Below, one piece after another: positions 28,870 through 38,270 of a stretch of DNA of 64,000 nt. The position numbers and the translations under genes are program-made. Every line of letters starts with the position of its first letter. The first letter of the stretch is position 1. Origin of the DNA: a virus (taxonomy: Duplodnaviria > Caudoviricetes); IMG/VR virus record IMGVR_UViG_3300033061_001635, positions 1 to 64,000 of that record; one strand, given 5' to 3'. A model generated the notes under the pieces. It saw only the letters and a program-made list of their open reading frames with translations. It was not told where the DNA came from and searched no databases.

Positions 28870-29460
28870 ATGCAATCAATAGAAGACTTAATTAAAGCAC
28901 AAGAGATAATCATACAATCAACCGAGCAATCAGAACAAGAAACCTCACAAGAAGAGAATCTAGATAATCAAATACAAGCACAAGAAGTACCAGGATATTC
29001 ATCAAATACTGTAATCGAATTAATAAAAAAATCATTAAACATACACTGGCAACAAACCACTGTTTTAACAGCACAAGCAGAGCATCTCAACAGATGGGGA
29101 TACAAGAAATTAGCAGCAATTATTAAAGAAGATGCAATTCAAGAACAAACACATGCTGCAATTAATATCAAAAGACTAGAATTTTTTGATGTTGATTACC
29201 AACCATTAATACTAAATATTCCAGTTTGGAAACGTCATGACATGGTTGCTATGATACAGTACAATCTTGATTCTGTCAGAGAAGCTTCGGCTGCTGAAAG
29301 ATCCGTTATTATTACTGCTATGGAGATTGGAGATCAAATTACAGTACAAATGTTTATTGAATTACTACAAGGTAGTGAAGATGGAATTGAATTATATGAA
29401 GGTTTTCTAAAACTAATTGAACAAATGGGTATTGATAATTTCTTAACGCTTCAAGTATGA
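28870..29460 (+). CDS. bacterioferritin-like protein with degenerate ferroxidase centre
   Basis: NRWGYKKLA....EQTHA...KRL.F, GDQIT..MF..LL, L.LIEQMG..NFL..Q follow the Bfr pattern. Confidence 0.75.
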   Translation: MQSIEDLIKAQEIIIQSTEQSEQETSQEENLDNQIQAQEVPGYSSNTVIELIKKSLNIHWQQTTVLTAQAEHLNRWGYKKLAAIIKEDAIQEQTHAAINIKRLEFFDVDYQPLILNIPVWKRHDMVAMIQYNLDSVREASAAERSVIITAMEIGDQITVQMFIELLQGSEDGIELYEGFLKLIEQMGIDNFLTLQV

Positions 29461-29464
29461 ATAG

Positions 29465-30121
29465 ATGAGAAACAATAAATTGTTATCTGAATTCAGCTCA
29501 GTAATACCGTCTATTAATATAGATAAAATTAAATATACTACAAAAATAGTAGAAGATCAAAAAGTTTCAAAACTAATTGATTTTGATTACAAGTCTATTC
29601 TTGATAATCCTCCTATAAATACTAGTGGTTCTACGCTAAAAGAATTAATTTACATATCTAAAATTACTAATAATAGAAATGATGCTGATGTTGAATTTGT
29701 ACATAAAATAGATAGGAATGCAGCATCTTTAGTTATAGACTTTTGTGATAGTAATAATATTATTTTTCCACAAAATGATTTTGATAATCTATACAATATC
29801 ATTAAACCTCTTATACTTAATACTAAATACTATTTTAATAGAGCAAGACCTTATCAATTGGCCAAATTTTATGGATTAACAATTAATGTTATTGAAACAG
29901 ATACTCATCAAACCCCATCTTACCCATCTGGACATACGGTGTATGCTAGATTAGCTGGAAATCTCGTAGCGAATTCTCATCCAGAGTTTAAATACGAATT
30001 GGATCAAATTGTAAATAAGAGTGGTTATGCCAGGGTTTTACAGGGTGTTCATTATCCATCAGATAATCAAGCCTCAATAATTTTTACTGATTTTATTTTT
30101 TACAAACTATATAAGAGATAA
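29465..30121 (+). CDS. PAP2-superfamily phosphatase
   Basis: KYYFNRARP, YPSGH, RVLQGVHYPSD. Confidence 0.9.
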   Translation: MRNNKLLSEFSSVIPSINIDKIKYTTKIVEDQKVSKLIDFDYKSILDNPPINTSGSTLKELIYISKITNNRNDADVEFVHKIDRNAASLVIDFCDSNNIIFPQNDFDNLYNIIKPLILNTKYYFNRARPYQLAKFYGLTINVIETDTHQTPSYPSGHTVYARLAGNLVANSHPEFKYELDQIVNKSGYARVLQGVHYPSDNQASIIFTDFIFYKLYKR

Positions 30122-30126
30122 TAATT

Positions 30127-31065
30127 ATGGACAGAATTTATGATTTATTAAATAATGTAGAAAAACTAATTAAAAAAACTGAAGCAACAATGCTCCCTGT
30201 TCCGACTGTAGAAGTTGGTCCAGCCGTTGATCCAAATGCTAAACCACCATTAAAACCAGAATTAGTTGACAAAAAAACTAATGATGATTCTCTTAATTCT
30301 CAAAAAGAAAAAATAAATCAACTTAAAACTAAAAATCCAAATGAACAGGTTTCCAGACCAACTGGAGATAGTTCGGTTGCTGTTTCTAAATTACAAACCG
30401 GAGACAATGTTAAAAATATAAATACTGCATGTATGCATTATGGTAGCGAAGGTATTGTTGAAAGTATAGAAGAGATGCCAGAGAATATAGGATATATAGT
30501 TGGCTATAGAACAACAAATGCTGGAGCTTCATGGACAGTAGGTCAATACTTAAGAAAAACAGAAGACCAGTTAACTTTAGTAGATTCTAGAGATGATTAT
30601 GGCTTAGCCGATATGAATATGTTAAATCCATCAACAACAATTATGGACTATAATATAGAAGATGCTGATGATATTGAAGAAGATGAAGATGAAGATGAGA
30701 TGGAAGAACAGTTTGAAAACTATAAAAATGAATTTATTGAAATGAATATTGTTGCTTTAAAATCTATAGTTGCACATGCCAACAGGATTTTAGATTCTCT
30801 TGACGATCCAAAAGTTAAAGAAAACTTGACAGAGAGCTGGTTACAGGGTAAAATCGCCATTGTTGCTGACTACATGAGTACCATCAGGGATTTTGTGATC
30901 TTATCTCCAGAAAGTGACGATGATACTACAGAGGCAACCTCTAAGCAAGGCTTGTGGGATAATATCCGCAAAAAGAAAGAGAGAGAAGGTAAAAAATATA
31001 GACCAGCAAGACCAGGAGAGAAAGACAGACCGGATTCGGATCAGTGGAAAAAATTAACTAAATAA
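30127..31065 (+). CDS. hypothetical modular protein (acidic tract, basic GLWDNIR tail)
   Basis: 312-aa ORF. Confidence 0.65.
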   Translation: MDRIYDLLNNVEKLIKKTEATMLPVPTVEVGPAVDPNAKPPLKPELVDKKTNDDSLNSQKEKINQLKTKNPNEQVSRPTGDSSVAVSKLQTGDNVKNINTACMHYGSEGIVESIEEMPENIGYIVGYRTTNAGASWTVGQYLRKTEDQLTLVDSRDDYGLADMNMLNPSTTIMDYNIEDADDIEEDEDEDEMEEQFENYKNEFIEMNIVALKSIVAHANRILDSLDDPKVKENLTESWLQGKIAIVADYMSTIRDFVILSPESDDDTTEATSKQGLWDNIRKKKEREGKKYRPARPGEKDRPDSDQWKKLTK

Positions 31066-31095
31066 ATTTAATACTTTAAGGACAAGGAAAACACA

Positions 31096-31686
31096 ATGGA
31101 AAAACAATACGACAGTCTAGATACGTATATTGGTTTAGCAAAAAAAACCATATCAAAGTTTTGCCCAAAATTTTATAATGGTTTATCTACAGAGATGCTA
31201 AAAAACAATGACGCAATATCTGATGTTGCAACAGCAATAATGTATGCTGATTGGAGATTTGATCCGGACAGGAAAGGGAAAAATGGCCAGCAGAAAACCC
31301 TATATTCTTATAGAAACCAGTGTGCTATTTGGGCTATAAAAACATATGTTACTAATAAATACAAAAAAAGTCATGACACAATTAGTCTTGATTTTAATAG
31401 TAAAGATTCAGATAATTCCTTGCACTCTTCTATGCCAGATACAAGAGTAGAAGAGCCTATTAGCATATTAATGAAAAATGAACAAGAAATGAATCTGAGT
31501 ATGCTAATTAATAATCTTTTATTAAATAATAATTTATCAGAAAAACAAAGAGAACAAATAAAACTTTACTATCTAGAAGATCATACATTATCTCAAATAG
31601 GAAAGAAATTTGGGGTTTCTAGAGAAGCTGTTAGACAGAATATCAAAAGAGCATTAGAAATAATCAGATCCTATGATAGAAGCTAA
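31096..31686 (+). CDS. phage sigma70-family RNA polymerase sigma factor
   Basis: Region 2-like RFDPDR..Y....W.I; region 4 LSEKQRE..L...TLSQIGKKFGVSREAVRQ. Confidence 0.85.
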   Translation: MEKQYDSLDTYIGLAKKTISKFCPKFYNGLSTEMLKNNDAISDVATAIMYADWRFDPDRKGKNGQQKTLYSYRNQCAIWAIKTYVTNKYKKSHDTISLDFNSKDSDNSLHSSMPDTRVEEPISILMKNEQEMNLSMLINNLLLNNNLSEKQREQIKLYYLEDHTLSQIGKKFGVSREAVRQNIKRALEIIRSYDRS

Positions 31687-32020
31687 AATTAATTTACTGG
31701 CACTTGTCTTAAATCATAAATATAATAGTTATCAGATACTATCGACCAACACAACACAGCTGTATCTGCCCAATATTGTTTTGGAACCTTACATAGACTT
31801 AAAACAATCATTAGAATTTATCTTAACTAAGATTAGTGGTAATAGTATTATTCCTAATTTTAAGTTAACAGACGTTACTATGTTGGATCAGCTTAATATA
31901 TATTATCTCACTTTTATATATAATGATATTAAATTAAATAATAATTACTATGCTTTGGATATAAATTCACATATAGAACATATACCAGATAATGCTAAAA
32001 AAATTATTACATTATTATAA
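31673..32020 (+). CDS. hypothetical protein
   Basis: 115-aa ORF overlapping its neighbours. Confidence 0.6.
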   Translation: MIEAKINLLALVLNHKYNSYQILSTNTTQLYLPNIVLEPYIDLKQSLEFILTKISGNSIIPNFKLTDVTMLDQLNIYYLTFIYNDIKLNNNYYALDINSHIEHIPDNAKKIITLL

Positions 32021-32381
32021 GAGCTTTTTTAATAAAAATAGTACTAAAAATCCTAATGAATTAGGTATTAATATTATATTAAAACCAAACTATGATATAG
32101 ATATTCTTTTATCATATCCAGACATAAATAATATGGATATGCACAGTATACAGAATGTGGCCGAAAAATATGCAGAATTAGTGATGTACTCTAGTAGTTC
32201 TGCTATGAAATATAAATTATTTTCTATATTACAAGACAAAGCGTATTCTTCTGAAAATATAAAAGACAAATTATTTTTTGATAATGTTTGTTCTTTCTAT
32301 GAAATTATCAAACAAGAAATTAAAAATAACCAAAATAATGGACCTTTAATACGTCCAATGTCTGTTTTTAAAGGCAAATAG
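31992..32381 (+). CDS. hypothetical protein
   Basis: 129-aa ORF. Confidence 0.6.
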   Translation: MLKKLLHYYKSFFNKNSTKNPNELGINIILKPNYDIDILLSYPDINNMDMHSIQNVAEKYAELVMYSSSSAMKYKLFSILQDKAYSSENIKDKLFFDNVCSFYEIIKQEIKNNQNNGPLIRPMSVFKGK

Positions 32382-32445
32382 CATTTCTTTTATGTTAGCG
32401 TATCTTACTATAGAGTATCATAATCTTTTATAAGAAGCTAAAAAT

Positions 32446-32880
32446 ATGGACATAGATACTCAACATAGAATTATATGGCAAAAATGGATAGACCCATTTG
32501 GCCGCGACGAAGAGGCTTTTGATTTTGATCCATATGTTGGAGACTATGAAAATGATGAAGAAATTGATACAGATGATGAAAATGAAGAATTAAAAATACA
32601 AAAAAATCCACAAGCAATAAAAGCAATAGCTACTCCTATGGGCATAATACCATTCAATGATAATACTGCCAGTGGGAAAATATTTAATTTTTGGATGGGT
32701 CATACAAATTTTGATATATCTAAAAATATTGTAAACATTATAGAAAAAATAGATGGAGTAGAAACTCTGGACGTTTTCACTAGATATAGATTTAGAATTG
32801 CCATAGGCAAAGCATTTGATGATTCGCAAATTATGAGAAATATTAATAAAAAAATATATAACGAGTTAAATAATGTCTAG
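32446..32880 (+). CDS. hypothetical protein
   Basis: 144-aa ORF with W.GHTNF...GVE...TRYRF pattern. Confidence 0.65.
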   Translation: MDIDTQHRIIWQKWIDPFGRDEEAFDFDPYVGDYENDEEIDTDDENEELKIQKNPQAIKAIATPMGIIPFNDNTASGKIFNFWMGHTNFDISKNIVNIIEKIDGVETLDVFTRYRFRIAIGKAFDDSQIMRNINKKIYNELNNV

Positions 32881-33532
32881 AGTAAATACAAGAGACACCG
32901 ACCTACAATCACTACATTCTTACAATATTGATATAAAAAACAGAGAAATATTTTTACATTCTAACTTCGATGATAATGAAGAAGCTGGTGTTGATTTTAG
33001 ATCATCAATTACATTTGAAAAAAATCTTAGATTTTTAAATCAACAATCAGGAGAAAATATACTAATTCATATGCATCTTCCAGGAGGAGACTGGGAGGAT
33101 TGTCTTAGTCTATATGATACAATTAAATATTCTAGATCAACAACAACAATCTTAGCATACGCAAAAGTTCAATCTGCAAGCAGTGTTGTTTTTCAAGCTG
33201 CTAATTTAAGAATATTAATGCCAAATGTTAATATGCTTATTCATTATGGGTCAATCAGTATAGATGACGAGCATAAAGCCGCTATTAGCAGTCTTCAATG
33301 GAGCGAAAGGGAATCAGTAAAAATGTTAGACATATTTGTTGAAAAATGGTTACATAGTCCTATGGCTAAAGAAAAAACATGGAAAAGACAAATAGCCAGA
33401 AAACATATACAAAGCCAACTAGCAAATAAAACAGATTGGATTCTAACAGCGGAAGAAGCGGTGTATTATGGTTTTGCTGATGGTATTCTTGGAGATAGAA
33501 AGTATCCAACAATTGAATCATTAAAAAAATAA
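32873..33532 (+). CDS. clpP: ClpP-like protease
   Basis: PGGD, VQSAS (Ser), MLIH (His), TDWILTAEEAVYYGFAD (Asp). Confidence 0.85.
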   Translation: MSRVNTRDTDLQSLHSYNIDIKNREIFLHSNFDDNEEAGVDFRSSITFEKNLRFLNQQSGENILIHMHLPGGDWEDCLSLYDTIKYSRSTTTILAYAKVQSASSVVFQAANLRILMPNVNMLIHYGSISIDDEHKAAISSLQWSERESVKMLDIFVEKWLHSPMAKEKTWKRQIARKHIQSQLANKTDWILTAEEAVYYGFADGILGDRKYPTIESLKK

Positions 33533-33536
33533 TATT

Positions 33537-34184
33537 ATGTATATAGAATATGCTCACTACGATCTTGATGCAAAAGATAGTGAAATAACTGAAACTATTA
33601 ATGCAGCAGTGAATTATGATATACAGAGCATATCTGTATTTTATCCTTATATTAAATTAATCAAAAATCAAATTGATATCAATAAAATTCAAATTGCTTC
33701 GCCCATAGACTTTCCACTGGGCATTATGGATGCGAATTCCAGAATGTCAATGGCAGCAAACTGCTTCAAAAATGGTGCATCTATAATAGATGTTGTTTGT
33801 CCATCGCATTACTTATGTAATCGTAAATACGATAAATTCAGAGATGATATAAAAAACATGCAAGCTATATCTATGGACTATAATGGCCAAATAAGATACA
33901 TATTAGAATATAGAAAATTTACTTATGAATTATTATATAAAGTAGCTCAAATATTATTAGATCTAAATATTAAAACTATTTTTCCTTCTACAGGATATTT
34001 TTTAGACGATATATCTGATAATATCTTAGCAGCAGCTCTTATCAACAAAAGAGTTCCAGATATTAATATTGTTTGTAATGGAAATATATGGAACGAAACC
34101 CATGTAAAATTGGTCAAAAATAGTAAAATTTATGGATTAAGAGTTAATTCTATAAATGGTTTAAAATTAATAGCCAATAATTAA
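33537..34184 (+). CDS. DeoC (deoxyribose-phosphate aldolase)-like protein, catalytic lysines absent
   Basis: IDFPLG, GA..IDVV, YILE and PSTGY match DeoC; FIKTSTG reads TIFPSTG. Confidence 0.75.
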   Translation: MYIEYAHYDLDAKDSEITETINAAVNYDIQSISVFYPYIKLIKNQIDINKIQIASPIDFPLGIMDANSRMSMAANCFKNGASIIDVVCPSHYLCNRKYDKFRDDIKNMQAISMDYNGQIRYILEYRKFTYELLYKVAQILLDLNIKTIFPSTGYFLDDISDNILAAALINKRVPDINIVCNGNIWNETHVKLVKNSKIYGLRVNSINGLKLIANN

Positions 34185-34266
34185 AATAAACAATTAAAAA
34201 ATCAACCTTTTAGGTGTATAAATCAGATGACAGGCCATAAAAACAAATATTTAATGGAGACAACAA

Positions 34267-34812
34267 ATGTCAACAGCTAATACATCCGGTTCAAATTATA
34301 CAACTCCACCAAATCTTAAAGGTAGCGGATCAGTTAATAATGGTGGAACATCAACCAGGGTAACATCAACTAGCTTACTAAGAAGCGTTGCAGTAAGTAA
34401 GGATAGATCTGGAGTTTTTGGTTCAACAGTAATTGATGGGAGTGACACAGACAAGGCTATTTCTGCTGGCCCAATCGCCCACAACCATGTAAAGCCCATC
34501 AGTCAAAAAGTAACAAAAGAAATTGCTGGACAAGTATCTTCTGTTCTATCTAATAGTGCGAATAATCCCGCTCAATTAAGAAGTATCAACAAAAGAGAAA
34601 GTTACAGATCACCCGGAACAGCAACAGCTATGAGAGCAGGCTATTTTAATCTTTATACTGGCAAATTCTCACCAGCACCAACACCAGTTTCAGAAACTCC
34701 TGGAACGGACACTGCTACTACAATCACCAGAAATGTTCCTGGAGATTTAGTTTTCAGAACAGGTGCAAAATTGCCGGTTCGTAATAGAGATTATAAAGCT
34801 AAAACAGGCTGA
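34267..34812 (+). CDS. Ser/Thr/Gly-rich putative virion protein
   Basis: GGAG SD, upstream GGTGTAT motif, own terminator. Confidence 0.65.
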   Translation: MSTANTSGSNYTTPPNLKGSGSVNNGGTSTRVTSTSLLRSVAVSKDRSGVFGSTVIDGSDTDKAISAGPIAHNHVKPISQKVTKEIAGQVSSVLSNSANNPAQLRSINKRESYRSPGTATAMRAGYFNLYTGKFSPAPTPVSETPGTDTATTITRNVPGDLVFRTGAKLPVRNRDYKAKTG

Positions 34813-34842
34813 TACAATAAATAATACTTAAAACCAACAACT

Positions 34843-34876
34843 AAGCCAGCAATAATATTGTTGGCTTTTTGTTTTT
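34843..34876 (+). terminator. intrinsic terminator
   Basis: AAGCCAGCAAT-aat-ATTGTTGGCTT stem (one G-U pair) followed by a T tract. Confidence 0.8.
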
Positions 34877-34925
34877 AGTGTATATAAATAATGTATGTAT
34901 TTTCTCAAAATAAAGGTTTTTAATT

Positions 34926-35243
34926 ATGAGCGATACCATAGTTCACTTTTGGGAAAGCATAGCAACTACTAGCATTGGTATTATAGTTACCATGATTGGT
35001 TTTTGGATAGCTATTGGTAAAAATATGGCCACCAAGTCGGAAGTTATTGAAATGATAGAAACCAAATCGCCATATTTACAAGATAGACAATTCATTATGG
35101 AAAGATTAGCAGTTAACAAAGAGACACAAGCCGCATTAACCGGAATGTTACAACGCAACACCGAAGTTATGAATGAGCTTAAAATACAAATTGCTATGTT
35201 GGGCAAAACATTAGAAGCATTAGAAGATAGAATTGAAAAATAA
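34926..35243 (+). CDS. single-TM coiled-coil protein
   Basis: IGIIVTMIGFWIAIG followed by a heptad-like tail. Confidence 0.7.
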   Translation: MSDTIVHFWESIATTSIGIIVTMIGFWIAIGKNMATKSEVIEMIETKSPYLQDRQFIMERLAVNKETQAALTGMLQRNTEVMNELKIQIAMLGKTLEALEDRIEK

Positions 35244-35272
35244 TTAATAAAATTAAATAATGGAGAACATTT

Positions 35273-35485
35273 ATGGCAAATGATATAACAAAAAGTAAAA
35301 GTGGTGAATCTATAAAGAACGGTACTATTGTTACTACATGTTCATTTACTGGCAGTTATAAAACTATAAATTCTTATGTCAACAATTCTCCAGTAATAGC
35401 AGATATACAATCTAAATATGATGATAAATTTGACGATCCTAGCTATTACTACGGTATTGGTAATGCTTCTGTGGTAGGAGGCTAA
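35273..35485 (+). CDS. hypothetical protein
   Basis: 70-aa ORF, GGAG SD. Confidence 0.65.
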   Translation: MANDITKSKSGESIKNGTIVTTCSFTGSYKTINSYVNNSPVIADIQSKYDDKFDDPSYYYGIGNASVVGG

Positions 35486-35487
35486 TA

Positions 35488-35868
35488 ATGGGTATCAAAA
35501 GAATAAATGAATTTCCAACAGGTAGTGGATCACTAAGTGGTGATGATATATTTTTATTCATGGACAGCCCATCGGTTAGCGGAGTTACTAAAAAAATAAC
35601 TTTAAGCGAATTTAGTAACGTTATAGGAGTCGATAGATTAATTAAAGACGATAAAGAAGTTATACTGACTGGAAATGGTGAACTAACATTACCAGCAAGC
35701 GGTAGTATCACATTCCCAAATAACACAACCCAAACTTCTGCTGGAATACCAAGTAATACTGGACTAGTTCCAAATTCAATTAGTATTACTAATATAGTAG
35801 GTATATCTCAAGCAAATTATGATGCTCTTGTTACTAAAAATTCTAGCACCCTATATGTTATCTCATAA
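35488..35868 (+). CDS. short tail-fibre-like protein
   Basis: N-terminal KRINEFP...TKKITL; ITFPNNTTQTSA; C-terminal SQANYDAL...TLYVI fibre motif. Confidence 0.6.
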   Translation: MGIKRINEFPTGSGSLSGDDIFLFMDSPSVSGVTKKITLSEFSNVIGVDRLIKDDKEVILTGNGELTLPASGSITFPNNTTQTSAGIPSNTGLVPNSISITNIVGISQANYDALVTKNSSTLYVIS

Positions 35869-36509
35869 TGTCTATATTTTTAAATAGTTCTAATATATCT
35901 TCTATTAAATTAGAAAATAGTGATGTTTCTAAAATATTTTTAGGAAATAATTTAGTTTTTCCAGCCTCATCTTTTGGTAGTTCAGGATTTCAATGGATGA
36001 CAATGACTTCTATCACAGAATCCGCAGCATCTGGAATAGGTCAAAATAATATCACAGTCGAGATTACTCAAAATGGCGGAGGTATGTTTCAACATAATGG
36101 TATGTATGCAGCTCAAACTTTTCCGATGGAATACGGCGTACCAATTGACGGAGTGCAGATTGCCAACACTCACGCTGGCGTATTTACTGCGACGTTTAGC
36201 TCTCCAATAACAGACGCCTTGGTTGCGTTTGCCAGTGTAGGTAATCCCAGTACCACTGTGCCGGTGCTTGTGTTTGATGAAAACGGCGCTCCAAAACCGT
36301 TTACTCCTATTTGGGCGTTAACCAGTGAGTCGTGGTCGCAAACAACGTATCTAAATCAAGTAAGTCCCACGCAGTACACACAATTTACCGGCGCAGAAGG
36401 TTTCAACATCATTCGCATCGACGGGACAATGAGTAGTGTAACGTTTAACTATACTGTTCCAGAGTATTACTGCACAGTTTGTTTTGGATTTGTGGATCAA
36501 AATACCTAA
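35868..36509 (+). CDS. fibre-associated protein with beta-rich C-terminal domain
   Basis: N-terminal I.L....VSKIFLGNNLVF adaptor-like motif; start overlaps the upstream stop (TAATG). Confidence 0.6.
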   Translation: MSIFLNSSNISSIKLENSDVSKIFLGNNLVFPASSFGSSGFQWMTMTSITESAASGIGQNNITVEITQNGGGMFQHNGMYAAQTFPMEYGVPIDGVQIANTHAGVFTATFSSPITDALVAFASVGNPSTTVPVLVFDENGAPKPFTPIWALTSESWSQTTYLNQVSPTQYTQFTGAEGFNIIRIDGTMSSVTFNYTVPEYYCTVCFGFVDQNT

Positions 36510-36565
36510 TTTAGATTAGGTGTATCTAATAATAGGTGTTATTATTACATTTATTGGAGTTTAAA

Positions 36566-36901
36566 ATGGTCAAACCAGGTTATAAAACCAGTGAATTCTG
36601 GTTCACATTAGTAAGTTTTTTATTTAGCGGACTATATCTTGTTGGACTATTTGGAGAAGATGTTCAACAAAAAGACGATTTAATTAGAGATGTTAGTCAC
36701 GGTGTGGAAAGCATAATATTAATTGGTGGTCAAGTAGCATTATTAATGAGATATTTAAATGGTAGAAAAAGTATTAAAGAAACATGGTGGAGCACAGCAA
36801 GTCCAGAAGAAAGAATAGAAGCATCCAAAAAAAATAGTGGACAAACTACTACTAAAAAACCGCCATCTAAAAAACCAACGCCAAAAAAACCAAAAAAGTA
36901 A
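36566..36901 (+). CDS. holin-like membrane protein
   Basis: KPGYKTSEFW motif, two hydrophobic segments, very basic tail; GGAG SD before ATG 36566. Confidence 0.55.
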   Translation: MVKPGYKTSEFWFTLVSFLFSGLYLVGLFGEDVQQKDDLIRDVSHGVESIILIGGQVALLMRYLNGRKSIKETWWSTASPEERIEASKKNSGQTTTKKPPSKKPTPKKPKK

Positions 36902-36938
36902 TCAATTTTACGGTGTATATATATTTAAGGAATTTATT

Positions 36939-37391
36939 ATGAATGAACAATCTTTAAAAATTGCTGATAGTCTACAAATAGAACTCAATAAATTTATTAC
37001 TGAATCTAAAGAGTCATTAACAATTGTAAAAAATGTAGCTGCTGCTCATGCCTGGAAAATTTTACAACTAGCTATAGCTATTAGTATTCAATTTTTAGAA
37101 AATATTGCTACAGACTTAAGTGGACCAGATAAGAAAAAAATAGCTATGCAAGCTTTGTCAGAATTTTATGATAAAGTATTCATTGTTGTTAATATCCCAT
37201 TCTTGCCATCTTTGATAGAGCCAGTTCTACATAAATATGTTAAAGCTTTCTTTATGGTTCTTGTGGGGGCAAGCATAGACGCTATGGTAACAACATTCAA
37301 ACAAATTGGAGTTTTTAAGGATAAGAACATAAATACATTGTCAGCTGCTATGAAGAAACAAACACTAAAAACTTCTAAAAAAAGGAAATAA
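36939..37391 (+). CDS. membrane-associated protein, LL-H-holin-like G-x-x-K-K motif
   Basis: AIAISIQFLE...LSGPDKKKIA; AAGGA SD before ATG 36939. Confidence 0.5.
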   Translation: MNEQSLKIADSLQIELNKFITESKESLTIVKNVAAAHAWKILQLAIAISIQFLENIATDLSGPDKKKIAMQALSEFYDKVFIVVNIPFLPSLIEPVLHKYVKAFFMVLVGASIDAMVTTFKQIGVFKDKNINTLSAAMKKQTLKTSKKRK

Positions 37392-37392
37392 T

Positions 37393-37776
37393 ATGAATTA
37401 TACAGAAACATTTGATCAATTTGCTAGTAGACTTAGTGGCACAGATCTTGCTCTATATGCTGGGGCCGGATTAATTCTATGGGTGCTATTCAAGGACAAG
37501 CTTAGTCCAGTACAACAATTTATCTCATCATTAGTAGAAAAGGTGAGGGGCGGCGGTTCATCAAATACAACTGTTCCAGTAGTTGTTCCAGTAGTAAAGC
37601 CTGCTGTAGTCTCAAAAGAAGATATATTTTTTAAATTAGTAGTTTCGTGGAAACAAACACGCGACTTGGCTGTTGAATGTGGATGTGTGGAGGCTATTAA
37701 AGTAGCAGATCAGATGTTCCCGCATCTAAGTCCTGTTGTTTGCAATAAAGAAGTTAAGAAAGAGGAAGTTAAATGA
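37393..37776 (+). CDS. single-TM membrane protein
   Basis: LALYAGAGLILWVLF; Val/Pro linker; C-terminal Cys residues. Confidence 0.65.
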   Translation: MNYTETFDQFASRLSGTDLALYAGAGLILWVLFKDKLSPVQQFISSLVEKVRGGGSSNTTVPVVVPVVKPAVVSKEDIFFKLVVSWKQTRDLAVECGCVEAIKVADQMFPHLSPVVCNKEVKKEEVK

Positions 37777-38270
37777 GTACTAAAAATATATTATTAGGCG
37801 TTGCTTTATTACTAATATCTATTGGAATTTTTAAACCCGACATTAGTTCCTGGGGCTTGCCAAATAGAAATCCTTCTGTTCCATCTGAGAATTTGGATTT
37901 AGTAAAACCATCAGAAGAATTACTTCCTATGGTTGATGATATAGTAAAAGCTTTATCTGTTAGTTCAGACAGAAAAGTAGACGGAAAAAAATTAGCTTCT
38001 TTATATAACGATATAGCTACTCTAATTAGTTTAGATAAAGAAAATGAAGTTATCAAAACCACAGAAGATATTAGACAAGCTAATAGATTATCTGGTTTAA
38101 TGCTAAAATTAGATATAAAAGGTAAATATCCAGATTTGCCAGAAGCTAATGAAGCATTAGTAAAACAAGCTATTGGAGATGATCAGGTTCTATTAAACCA
38201 AGACCTAAGAGAAAAAGCTGTTAATGGTTTTAAGGCTTTATCTTGGGCCTGTAACGAGGGTAGTAAATAA
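37773..38270 (+). CDS. signal-anchored helical protein
   Basis: N-terminal ILLGVALLLISIGIF. Confidence 0.65.
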   Translation: MSTKNILLGVALLLISIGIFKPDISSWGLPNRNPSVPSENLDLVKPSEELLPMVDDIVKALSVSSDRKVDGKKLASLYNDIATLISLDKENEVIKTTEDIRQANRLSGLMLKLDIKGKYPDLPEANEALVKQAIGDDQVLLNQDLREKAVNGFKALSWACNEGSK

